From: Nanobdellota archaeon
GTDB lineage: Archaea > Nanobdellota > Nanobdellia > Woesearchaeales > JBHPGL01
DNA: 47,883 nucleotides
Reading direction: 5' to 3'
Assembly: GCA_042570655.1 (NCBI GenBank)
Contig: JBHPGL010000002.1
Location: 1 to 47,883 of the forward strand
Shown here: piece by piece, positions 32,901 through 41,644 of the stretch
How positions within the stretch are numbered: position 1 is the first letter of the stretch
Layout: every line of letters begins with the position of its first letter
Translations under genes and position numbers: made by a program
Notes under the pieces: model-generated
What the model was told of the DNA's origin: nothing
Database searches by the model: none
Seen by the model: only the letters and a program-made list of their open reading frames with translations

Positions 32901-34312
32901 TTGCTTACAATGATCCTCAATTATATCTTAACACAGACGGTAATGTTGGAATAGGAACATCCACACCACAAAATAAATTAAATGTAATTGGAGATCTAAA
33001 TGTAACAGGAGCTACTTATCTTAATGATATAAACATTTCAGGAGTACAGTTTAATGCAGGCGATGTTAGAGCTGACGGAATATTTTATGGAAATGGTTCA
33101 GGTTTGACAGATATTCCTGCAGATGGCATTTTAGAAGAATGGGTAGATACAGCAGGAGATTCTATGTCTGGTGACCTTAATATGACAGTCGGTAACGATA
33201 TTTTAATTACAGATGCAGCAATAAAATCGATTGCAGATACAGGTGATGAAAAAGCTGTTTTATCCGTTAATTCACCAGGTAGTACGGCGGTTGGAACCAC
33301 TCTACAATCTTTTGGAACAAGTGCATTACAATTGATCTCATATTCAGGTACAGTAGATATTAGAAGTTCTCAAGGCTCAGATTTATTATTACAAAAAGAT
33401 GGTGGTAATGTTGGAATAGGTACATCAAATCCTACAAGACCATTAGAAATAGTATATGATGAAGATGATACTTCCCCCGGTAGTTTAAATTTTCCAACAA
33501 TTTTAATTCACAATGAAAATATTTCAGAAGATGTTTATGCTGGTATTGAATTTTCATCCTCAGATACAGCTGGTGGAAGACGTGCAGGCCCAACAATCAT
33601 GAGTATATTTACAAATAAAACAACTATTGGAGTGGATGGTGAATTAGCTTTCTATGTAAGAGATATGACAACTGGTGGTGGAGTAAAGCAAGCAATGTAT
33701 ATTGAAAAATCTGGAGATATTGGTATGGGAACAGCTTCACCTACAGCACCTTTAACATTACTAGATGCAGATGATGAATTGGCAATATTTACTTCATCTG
33801 ATGCAGATGGTTATATTAAAGCAGGTTATTCAGCTTCTTATGCTATTCTTGGTGGTGATTCAAGTGGAGGTTATATTGATTCTTCTATAGCACCATTTAG
33901 GATTGAAGTTGCAAATGACGAGAAATTAAAGATATTAGGTAGTGGTAATGTAGGAATAGGAGATGCAATGGGAACATCTAACCCTGCATATCAATTTCAT
34001 ATCAATGATTCAACACAACCACAATTAATAGTTGAAGATTCAACAAGCGGTGTTGAGGCAAGAATCCTTGCAGATAATGATAGGGCCTATATGGGAACAA
34101 AATCAAACCATGATTTAAGAATTACAACAAATAATGCTGCAGCTATGACCATTCAAGCTGATGGCGATATTGGAATTGGAACAAATTCACCAACCCAAGA
34201 CTTAACAATTGATGGAGAAGTAAACATAACAGATACAAACACGTTGTATATAGGTGGAGGAGAAATATATTGGAACGACACTTCCAATCAACTGGTAATA
34301 AAGGTAAGTTAA
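29990..34312 (+). CDS. Secreted mosaic fibre/adhesin with GNVGIG repeats (tail-fibre/MAT-like)
   Basis: Signal peptide; N-terminal LQG...IYDA..GG...NGQFDVMLG...YL domain; ~12 G(N/D)(V/I)G(I/M)G motifs; two FYGNGSGL motifs; three GD(S/T)MxGDLNM motifs. SD-like GAGGTGG before the ATG at 29990 (alternative starts 29975 and 30047). Confidence 0.8.
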   Translation: MRGKINKNQRTTSSSLAGVMKNKMIMVLSLIILLTLCSVSYVLAVDNLMALQGNVQENGLALQSGDLRVYIYDADTGGATVYDSTTDFNGNIVNGQFDVMLGSGSNELILEYGKYYYLDMAIEGQNLNFSGNDRQIFQSGVGNISNEDIDESAAIDPNKISEEWVDESGDSMFGDLNMTTGNDIILRDASIQAINADGTEKAILTTSSPGGSAVGTTIQAFGNAILSLLSYSGDIEIRSSNGGDILLQKTGGNVGIGSFAPTGPFDINNSQPRIHLMEIDTTDENFRIQVDSGDLGIGTIADSGAGYSEKLIIQQDGDVGIGTASPSAPLTVMDSGEELAIFNSTDNDGYIKAGYSASYAILGGDSGGGYIDSSIAPFRIEIANDEKLRILGSGNVGIGTTTPQNTLNVVGDLNVTGNTYLANINISGVQFNAGDVRADGIFYGNGSGLFDIPASGILEEWVDVAGDTMSGDLNMGTNDINGVGNLYANNINLSTGSSRLEIGITPASKQTFTSWLHEFGDTGGSGITQNIYYLTGYKYRRDGAGLHIELSNGKFDLRTASSGLNNSAATLTSKFLVENGGNVGIGTTSPEGILQLGDGTGTPELVIDSASASTGKITFRDNLGDDRGVIKYDHSSVPEGIKISAGGSSDFVTFTTDGNVGIGTTTPSAPLTVMDSGEELAIFNSTDNDGYIKAGYSASYAILGGDSGGAYLDASIGPFRIEVANDEKLRILNSGNVGIGDAMGTSSPAYIFHINDSTSPQLIVEDSTSGVQTRVYSNENEGMVGTRSDHPFKITAGNSVKMVIDDATGNVGIGTHTPQNTLNVIGDLNVTGATYLNDINISGVQFNAGDITAENIIATEDISVGGNLSILNSDVDRGAIFKATGDNNRIGEILMYNTNLSENTMQLFSITPTGTGYSSTNKAGINMYNTDILNDSTNYELFIVRAMGTNYAIYSSKGGTGSLRPIQLSAVAYNDPQLYLNTDGNVGIGTSTPQNKLNVIGDLNVTGATYLNDINISGVQFNAGDVRADGIFYGNGSGLTDIPADGILEEWVDTAGDSMSGDLNMTVGNDILITDAAIKSIADTGDEKAVLSVNSPGSTAVGTTLQSFGTSALQLISYSGTVDIRSSQGSDLLLQKDGGNVGIGTSNPTRPLEIVYDEDDTSPGSLNFPTILIHNENISEDVYAGIEFSSSDTAGGRRAGPTIMSIFTNKTTIGVDGELAFYVRDMTTGGGVKQAMYIEKSGDIGMGTASPTAPLTLLDADDELAIFTSSDADGYIKAGYSASYAILGGDSSGGYIDSSIAPFRIEVANDEKLKILGSGNVGIGDAMGTSNPAYQFHINDSTQPQLIVEDSTSGVEARILADNDRAYMGTKSNHDLRITTNNAAAMTIQADGDIGIGTNSPTQDLTIDGEVNITDTNTLYIGGGEIYWNDTSNQLVIKVS
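30963..32115 (+). repeat. 130-nt near-identical direct repeat within the fibre gene (30963-31092 and 31986-32115); a third diverged copy at ~33737-33870
   Basis: Manual alignment gives 4 mismatches in 130 nt, all synonymous. It encodes PSAPLTVMDSGEELAIFNSTDNDGYIKAGYSASYAILGGDSGG. Confidence 0.9.
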
Positions 34313-34313
34313 A

Positions 34314-37300
34314 ATGAGAGATACAGGTAAAATGAAATTACCAAAAATAATAACAATATTTGCATTATTCATTTTGTTAGTGACAACAGTAATGGCAGCA
34401 ACAATATCAAATTGTCAAACAATTAGTACACCTGGCACTTATGAATTAATAAATGACATAAGTGCAACCGCTACTTGTTTAACTGTATCTAACGACGATA
34501 TTCTTATTGATTGTAAAGGTTATACTATTACATATGCAAATACAAGTTCAGGAAATGGCATCTATACTTTAGGTAATGATAATGTAACAATTCAAAATTG
34601 TAATATTAGACAATATAAAACTCCAGGATCTTATACAATTTATTTAAGTGGAAATAATAATTATGTATTAAGAAACAATATTACTAATTTAGATTCAACT
34701 TCAATTTATTTTGCAAGTTCAGGAAATATAATAAATAATATTATTAATAATTCATATGCTTTTTATGATCAATACGGAATAAATTTATATGCATCGTCAG
34801 GAGGTAATATATTTAATAATACTATTTATTCCAAAACTAAAGGTATACATATATTCGTACATTCGGGTGAAACATTAAAATATAATAAAATTAATAGCGA
34901 TTATTTTCCAATTACATTTGAAACTAATGGTGAAGCTCATTGTAACCATAATATTGATACAACAAATACTTATTATGACACCCCTATTTATTTTAATAAA
35001 ACTGATTATTATAAATTAGAAGATACAGATAATATTGGTGCAATTATTTTATGTGGTTCAAGTCATGCTTTTATTGATAATGTATCGTTAGATAAAGCAG
35101 GAATATTTATTGCGCAATCAGAAAATGTAACAATTAAAAATAGTGATATTAAATCAAATTCATCAGCTATATTTCTTGATAAATTCACAAATAATTTTAC
35201 AATTGAAAATAATGAATTAAACTCTGGAACAACAGCAGCTGAATGTGGGGGAATTTATTCAAGGAATCAATTTGATTATGGTAAAATATTAAATAATAAT
35301 ATTACATGTTTAAGTACAAATAATTGTTATGGTATTTATTTCGCAACTTATTCAAATGATAATAATGTTACTGGCAATATTATAAAAGACTTTAGATACG
35401 GATTTTCAATTACAACTAACGGTTACAATAATTTATTATATAACAATTATTTCAGAGTAAGAAATGCATATGCTACTTTCACAGGAACTTCGTATTATAA
35501 TGATTTAAACATTACAAATACTACTGCTACAAATGTTATGGGAGATAATAATATTGGTGGAAATTATTGGGGTTTTTATAATAGTACAGGATTTTCAGAT
35601 ACTTGTACTGATGCTGACTTAGATAATTTTTGTGATTCTCCTTTAGTATTAAACACCAATAATACAGATTACTTACCTTTAGCACATGAATCTCCACCAA
35701 CCCATGATACTCCTGCATTAAGTGCCAGTTCAATTAATAATCTAACGTCAGATAATTTAACTGTTTACAACCAATCCACTAGTGATAAAAATGGAGATCC
35801 AGTTAAAAATATTATTAATTGGAAAAAGAATTCACAATCAAGATATATAATTAACACTCCATTTGAAGCAGGTTCAACAAGTTCATATTCAAAAGATTAT
35901 TCTGGTTATGGAAATAATATTCAACCAGATACAAGTATGTGTACATATTTAAGTAATGGTGGAATTGATGGAAAAGGAGCTTATTACTTCCCAGGTACTT
36001 GTGGATTAAAAGTCCCTGTATCAACTTCAACTGCATCTTATACAGATAGAATGACAGTAGCAGCTTGGATAAATATATCTGATTACACTCTTCATAGACC
36101 TGTTGCAAATATTTATCAAGCCTCTAATTATCCAATCCGATTTTATGTGATTCAAACATCAGGTAAGTTAACATTGCAAGGTTATAATTCCTCTTTTGAT
36201 GCTTACTCAAGCATAACATCAACAAGTACAGTTACACCAAACCAATGGCACCATGTCGCATTTACTGTTGGCGATGGATTAGGAACAGTATATATAGATG
36301 GTCAGAATGAATCTTCTGGATTAATAGTGGGTGATTTGCATGCACAAACCTCAGTACCTTTAAGAATAGGATATGATACCGGAGGAGCTCCTTTATATAT
36401 GAAAGGTTACATTGACGAATTTATTTTTACAAACATTACTTTATCATCAGAACAAATTGCTGCATTATATAACAACAGAACAGATTTAATAGTTAGTCAA
36501 GAAACTTCGAAAAGTGATTCATGGCAAGCTTGCATAACTCCAAATGATGGAACACAAGATGGTCAAACAAAATGCAGTAATACTTTAACAATTCAAGGAC
36601 CTCCAACACATACAACTCCATTATTGCAATCATCATCAAATACAAATAAATCAGATGAAAATATAACAGTATACCCTCAAAATCTAGTTGATCCAAACGG
36701 TCATGATGTTAAAAAGATAATTAGTTGGAAAAAAGATACTAATCCTATAGAAATTCTAAATATTCCTTTTGAAGGCGGTTCAAATACTACATATACAAAA
36801 GATTATAGTGGATATAATATTCCAGTAACAGTAAACTATACATCATGGCAAAGTAATGGCGGTTATGATGCAAAAGGAGCATATTTATTTAATGGTATAA
36901 ATGATTATATAGCTCTGCCAGATAATATTTATGATACCCATACAGAAGGTGTCATCAGTATGTGGGTAAATCCAAAAGAATATAGCGGATATCCTTTTGC
37001 ATTAGCTAATTCAGTCTCAGGTTCTAATATCTTTCATTTTCAGATAAGAAATGACTCAGCAAATTGCGCTTCTGGATCTGTATATTGTTTGCATGTTGGG
37101 AGGTATGTTGGTGGTCTAGGTACAAGGACTACTTATGGTTCAATTACTATTCCATTAAATACATGGACACACATTGCATTTTCAGTCAATTCAACTGGTT
37201 CAAATACGTACATTAATGGAGTAAAGGATACTAATGTTTATCATAAGCTCTTTAGTTTAACTGACAATTCTTGGTTTGATAATTTTGCAACAACAACAAA

Positions 37301-39515
37301 TACTTATACCATAGGTGCAGGTAGAGGAGCATTTTTTCAAGGAGCTTTTAACGGCTCTATAGACGATGTAAGAATATATAATGTTTCATTGTCTGATCAA
37401 CAAATAACATTATTAGCTCAAAATAGAACAGATATGATAGCTAGCCAAGATACTACTGTTGGTGATGTTTGGCAAGCATGTGTAACTCCTAATGATGGTT
37501 TTGAAGATGGAACAGAACTATGCAGTAATACCTTAAATGTATTAGCATCAACTGAAGGTCCATCTGGAACATATTTAACTAATTCAACTATTAGCCAAAG
37601 ATTTAGTTTTTTAAATGTAAGTTCCACTCTTTATGGCCTTGACTTTAATTATAATATTGCTGCATTAGAAGTTGATGCATCAGAATTTACCTGTACACCT
37701 TCAGCTTTTATTCCAGATGTAGAAAACCATTATTCAACAGTTGATAATGGTGATGGCACTTGGACAACTATATTCCAGCCAAATGGAACTTATGGTAAAG
37801 ATGCAGTTATTGCAATCGGAGATGATCATTTTAGTCAAAATTTAAATTATGGTAATGATGAAAGGTTAAGGACAAGAATGGTCTCAACTTCCACATATGT
37901 TGAAAGATCATATATTGAATTTGAAATAGATATACTTGATACAGAAAATATTATAAACGCAAAATTAGATTTATATAAAGGTTTAAATTCAGGTACTCCA
38001 CCAACATATAGTACTGGCATTTATAGAGTTACTGAATCATGGGATGAATCAATTATAAAAGGTACTAATTATCCTAGTAATGATTCAATTTCTTATGATA
38101 GCATTTCAGTAATATCAACTCTTAAATGGTATAATTGGACAATAACAAATCTTGTTCAAGAATGGGTAAATGAAACATATCCTAATTATGGTTTATTACT
38201 TCAAAAAGATCAAACAGGAGGATTTGGTTGGCATCAATATAATTCATCAGACGCAGGAGGATCAAGACCAATACTAAGTATCACATATGTACCTAATTGT
38301 GATAAAGGCATATTTACTTCACAAGTATTCGATACAAATGGAACACAAGATTTCAAAAACATAACCTGGACAGAATTTGAAGGAGAACTTCCTAATAACC
38401 AACAAACAGAATCAAGATCAGTATCTGAAAATATTGATATGTCAAACAATATTTTCTTGTTGCATCTAAATAACAATCCGGCATTTAATGAAAACACTTC
38501 TTATCTAAAAGATTTTAGTGGAAGTGGATACAATTGTAATCAAAGCACAGGTTCAAATAAAGCTGAATACACAGATAATAGTAAATTTACTAGAGCATTA
38601 AAATTAGATGAAAATGATGTTTATGAATGTGGAGATATTGACGAAATTGACGGTGCAACAGAATTAACCTCTACATATTGGATAAATTGGTCAGGAGATG
38701 GTTATAGTGTTATTGGGGCAAAATGGAGTACTAATACTGCTTATTGGTTAGATATTAATTCAGGTAATGTACGGGTTGGTTGGGATCCAGTCACACTTGA
38801 ACAAGCTAATGTAGAGTTACTACCAAATGTATGGGCTCATGTTGCAATTGTTTATAATGGTTCTAAAACAGTCACAGCTGATAGATTTAAATTTTATATA
38901 AATGGAACAGAAGTACCTTCCTCAGGATCTACACCTCCAACACAACTATCTGATGATGGAACAGAACCATTTAGATTTGGATATTCAGGAGGTAATCAAG
39001 GACCAAACTCTACATTGGACGAATTCGCACTATGGGATACAGCTTTAACTGCAACAGATGTATCAAATTTATATAAAAGAGGATCAATCAATCTTGACCT
39101 AAAAGCAAGAACTTGTGATGATGCTTCATGTAGCGGAGAAGCATGGGTGGATATTGACGACCAAGGTTACCAAGCAAAATCTTTATCTCTTGACGACAAC
39201 CAATATTTCCAATATAAATTTTATTTTGAAAATAGCACTTCACAAATCTTCCCAGAACTTTATAATGTAACAGTTACGTATGAAGCAGTATCTACAGGAT
39301 GTGAACCTCCAGGATCAGGTGATTGGAACATTACAGATATATCTTGTATTGTTCAAGATCAAACATATGATGTTGACGGAGATATTATAGTTAATGCAGG
39401 TACAACCTTAGTATTAAACGGTACAACTAGATTAAACTTCTCAAGTACAAACCAATATATCTATGTTAATCAAGGTGGCGAAATACAAATATCAGATACA
39501 GCTTCATTAAATTAA
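34314..39515 (+). CDS. Secreted multidomain lectin/adhesin-like protein: beta-helix + 3 LamG + DNRLRE(CBM96-like) domain
   Basis: Signal peptide; NosD-like beta-helix ending GGNYWG...DYLPL; LamG motifs WHHVAF, WTHIAF and WAHVAI; DNRLRE-like segment (KDAVI...NYG...RSYIEF...WDE...ITNLVQEWV...NYGLLL...RPILSITY). No C-terminal TM helix. Starts 1 nt after the fibre stop. Confidence 0.82.
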   Translation: MRDTGKMKLPKIITIFALFILLVTTVMAATISNCQTISTPGTYELINDISATATCLTVSNDDILIDCKGYTITYANTSSGNGIYTLGNDNVTIQNCNIRQYKTPGSYTIYLSGNNNYVLRNNITNLDSTSIYFASSGNIINNIINNSYAFYDQYGINLYASSGGNIFNNTIYSKTKGIHIFVHSGETLKYNKINSDYFPITFETNGEAHCNHNIDTTNTYYDTPIYFNKTDYYKLEDTDNIGAIILCGSSHAFIDNVSLDKAGIFIAQSENVTIKNSDIKSNSSAIFLDKFTNNFTIENNELNSGTTAAECGGIYSRNQFDYGKILNNNITCLSTNNCYGIYFATYSNDNNVTGNIIKDFRYGFSITTNGYNNLLYNNYFRVRNAYATFTGTSYYNDLNITNTTATNVMGDNNIGGNYWGFYNSTGFSDTCTDADLDNFCDSPLVLNTNNTDYLPLAHESPPTHDTPALSASSINNLTSDNLTVYNQSTSDKNGDPVKNIINWKKNSQSRYIINTPFEAGSTSSYSKDYSGYGNNIQPDTSMCTYLSNGGIDGKGAYYFPGTCGLKVPVSTSTASYTDRMTVAAWINISDYTLHRPVANIYQASNYPIRFYVIQTSGKLTLQGYNSSFDAYSSITSTSTVTPNQWHHVAFTVGDGLGTVYIDGQNESSGLIVGDLHAQTSVPLRIGYDTGGAPLYMKGYIDEFIFTNITLSSEQIAALYNNRTDLIVSQETSKSDSWQACITPNDGTQDGQTKCSNTLTIQGPPTHTTPLLQSSSNTNKSDENITVYPQNLVDPNGHDVKKIISWKKDTNPIEILNIPFEGGSNTTYTKDYSGYNIPVTVNYTSWQSNGGYDAKGAYLFNGINDYIALPDNIYDTHTEGVISMWVNPKEYSGYPFALANSVSGSNIFHFQIRNDSANCASGSVYCLHVGRYVGGLGTRTTYGSITIPLNTWTHIAFSVNSTGSNTYINGVKDTNVYHKLFSLTDNSWFDNFATTTNTYTIGAGRGAFFQGAFNGSIDDVRIYNVSLSDQQITLLAQNRTDMIASQDTTVGDVWQACVTPNDGFEDGTELCSNTLNVLASTEGPSGTYLTNSTISQRFSFLNVSSTLYGLDFNYNIAALEVDASEFTCTPSAFIPDVENHYSTVDNGDGTWTTIFQPNGTYGKDAVIAIGDDHFSQNLNYGNDERLRTRMVSTSTYVERSYIEFEIDILDTENIINAKLDLYKGLNSGTPPTYSTGIYRVTESWDESIIKGTNYPSNDSISYDSISVISTLKWYNWTITNLVQEWVNETYPNYGLLLQKDQTGGFGWHQYNSSDAGGSRPILSITYVPNCDKGIFTSQVFDTNGTQDFKNITWTEFEGELPNNQQTESRSVSENIDMSNNIFLLHLNNNPAFNENTSYLKDFSGSGYNCNQSTGSNKAEYTDNSKFTRALKLDENDVYECGDIDEIDGATELTSTYWINWSGDGYSVIGAKWSTNTAYWLDINSGNVRVGWDPVTLEQANVELLPNVWAHVAIVYNGSKTVTADRFKFYINGTEVPSSGSTPPTQLSDDGTEPFRFGYSGGNQGPNSTLDEFALWDTALTATDVSNLYKRGSINLDLKARTCDDASCSGEAWVDIDDQGYQAKSLSLDDNQYFQYKFYFENSTSQIFPELYNVTVTYEAVSTGCEPPGSGDWNITDISCIVQDQTYDVDGDIIVNAGTTLVLNGTTRLNFSSTNQYIYVNQGGEIQISDTASLN

Positions 39516-39590
39516 ATGTGTAATTAGCATATTTCATTATATTTCTTTCATTTTAATTAATTTTATAAATATATTAAAATAAATCAATCC

Positions 39591-39866
39591 ATGGTATTAG
39601 TAAAAATTCTAGGACTCCTAGATCTTTGTTCGGCAATTATCATCCTTTTACTTGAAATTGGACTTAATTTACCTTGGAATTTAACAATTGCAGCAGCATT
39701 ATATCTATTTGGAAAAGCATATATGTTTAAAGGAGACATTTCAAGTATGTTAGATGGCGCAATTGGTGTTTATCATATCTTACTTTTATTTGGATTTCAT
39801 TCTATATTAGGATACATTATCTTTGTATATTTTCTAGAAAAAACTTATCTTAGTTTATTTTCTTAA
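39591..39866 (+). CDS. Small hypothetical integral membrane protein
   Basis: 91 aa, almost entirely hydrophobic, ATG start, fills the intergenic gap. Confidence 0.7.
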   Translation: MVLVKILGLLDLCSAIIILLLEIGLNLPWNLTIAAALYLFGKAYMFKGDISSMLDGAIGVYHILLLFGFHSILGYIIFVYFLEKTYLSLFS

Positions 39867-39901
39867 TATTCTATGTCCCAAATGTACTATTCCAATATTC
39901 A

Positions 39902-40663
39902 TTATTTATTATCCCATAATTTCATGAATAATAAATTTAATACTAACATTAACACAACTCCTGAAATTAAAGAATAAAATATTAAACTAAAAAAACTAGT
40001 AAGGCCTAATAACATTAATATTGATGCAACTAAAACACTTCCAAAAAACATAAAATATGCCAAAGGATATGCAAAAAACATTCTTGATCCGTCTAATGGC
40101 GGAATCGGTAATGCAGTGAATATTGCCATTAAAATATTTATTATAATTGCTTTCTCAATAAATATATTATTCAATGCTGTTAAACTAATCAATTTAAAAA
40201 TAAACGCTAAAACCAAATTAGCAATTGGTCCTGCCATACCTACAAAACCATAGGTCCAAACATTTTTTCCGTAACGAAAATAACCTATCCTGTGAAATGC
40301 CATCATTGATAAAACAACACCTCCAGGCAAAATTAAAATTAAACTACCTCTAGAAACAAGAACAACCAATAATGCCAGCATTATACCATAATACCATGGT
40401 TTAAATTGAGCTTTGAAACCTAATTTTAATGCATAAACCTTTTGTATGACAACATGTACAATAAATGCAAGTGCAACAATAAGTATCATCCCAATTAAAT
40501 GTTGAACCCAAATACTATCAATAACATGGATGGTAGCTCTACCATCGTCGATACCAAACATAAATCCAATTACGAGTATTGCAACAATTAATCCTTGAAT
40601 TTCACTTTTACTAAATGTAAAATATCTTTTTACTTTATCGTACCAATTATATGATCCATACAT
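39902..40663 (-). CDS. Site-2 protease (M50)-like membrane protein with degenerate active site
   Basis: AGPIANL and ALPIPPLDGSR match M50 motifs, but the HExxH position reads HVVIQ. The ATG at 40663 is preferred over the GTG at 40684. Confidence 0.8.
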   Translation of the reverse strand: MYGSYNWYDKVKRYFTFSKSEIQGLIVAILVIGFMFGIDDGRATIHVIDSIWVQHLIGMILIVALAFIVHVVIQKVYALKLGFKAQFKPWYYGIMLALLVVLVSRGSLILILPGGVVLSMMAFHRIGYFRYGKNVWTYGFVGMAGPIANLVLAFIFKLISLTALNNIFIEKAIIINILMAIFTALPIPPLDGSRMFFAYPLAYFMFFGSVLVASILMLLGLTSFFSLIFYSLISGVVLMLVLNLLFMKLWDNK

Positions 40664-40724
40664 AATAAAATAGAAATTCTTCACACTTTTAAATATTTAC
40701 TTTTTACCAATACCAATAGTATTA

Positions 40725-40848
40725 ATTTTTACACTACTGCCAATTTGCATAATTGACTTATTTCATAGAATCAGCGAATCGACCTGAGGATAAACTTTAG
40801 GTTATCCGAAGTTGAGAAGTAGTTAATGCCTGGTAGTAGTGTAAAAAT
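40725..40848 (+). ncRNA. Unknown structured RNA motif, copy 1
   Basis: 18-bp closing stem ATTTTTACACTACTGCCA / TGGTAGTAGTGTAAAAAT. Core homologous to 41645-41769 with compensatory changes. TTTTAAATA lies ~30 nt upstream. Confidence 0.7.
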
Positions 40849-40865
40849 ATTTTAGAAATAAATTA

Positions 40866-41585
40866 TTATTTCCCCAAACTTTTCTTATCAATCAACATAT
40901 TCAAATGAACCAACCTTCTAACCTCATCTTCATGACCCGCACCCATAATAGCTAGAATTTTATCATTAGGATTTTTCTCCATAATCTTAACCAAATTATT
41001 AGCCATAACTTCATTCCTTTCCTTAATCAAAACATTGTGTAAGTTAGGATACCTCACTTTGATTTGTTTAATCATTAATTTAATAATCTTTTTAGGCGGA
41101 ACTTTTGACAAATCTAACTTTTTAGGATCAAAACCCATTTTTTTCATTTCTCTCTTTCTAAAAAATATTCCTCTGAACAAATCACCGATAAATCTAAACT
41201 TTTCCCGCCAAGTTAATGTTTTTGTGAATCTTTTCATAGTAATTCTAATATCTTGATCAATTAAAGCTAACTTTTTCTTTTGTTTTTTTGCAAGATTAAC
41301 TGCGAGTAACATTTCAGAACCAGGCTGCATTCCAACTAAATTACCCAGTTTTTTCTGAACCCAACCAGCAATTAAAGTGAAGAAATAACCAGTAACTCCA
41401 ATTTGTCTTATAGCTTCAATTGCGCTACCTTTCTTTTTTTGATTTAGTAAAGAATATAATCTACCTTGATCTAATTCAACAGCAATTATATCTGGATTAC
41501 CATCTAAAACATGTCTTTCAACATTTTCATAACTCTGTTTAGCTATATGGCTTGATCCAATTATTGTAAGATTTTTTATTGACAT
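40866..41585 (-). CDS. traB: TraB/PrgY/GumN (Tiki-like) family protein
   Basis: IIGSSH, PDIIAVELDxGR, GSEM, IDQDI, ERNxVMA and AIMGAGH are the motifs of the archaeal TraB family. Confidence 0.9.
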   Translation of the reverse strand: MSIKNLTIIGSSHIAKQSYENVERHVLDGNPDIIAVELDQGRLYSLLNQKKKGSAIEAIRQIGVTGYFFTLIAGWVQKKLGNLVGMQPGSEMLLAVNLAKKQKKKLALIDQDIRITMKRFTKTLTWREKFRFIGDLFRGIFFRKREMKKMGFDPKKLDLSKVPPKKIIKLMIKQIKVRYPNLHNVLIKERNEVMANNLVKIMEKNPNDKILAIMGAGHEDEVRRLVHLNMLIDKKSLGK

Positions 41586-41644
41586 ATCCTTAATTTTTGA
41601 ATATTTATATATAAATGCTTCGTTTAATTATATAATATAATAAT

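Noticed and set aside
29990-34312. Prophage or viral tail gene
   Set aside because: The protein has a signal peptide, and there are no capsid, terminase, portal or integrase genes in the window.
2421-38497. Numerous 60-120 aa alternative-frame and antisense ORFs inside the four large genes
   Set aside because: They are shadow ORFs produced by biased codon usage; they lie fully within long credible CDSs and have no motifs.
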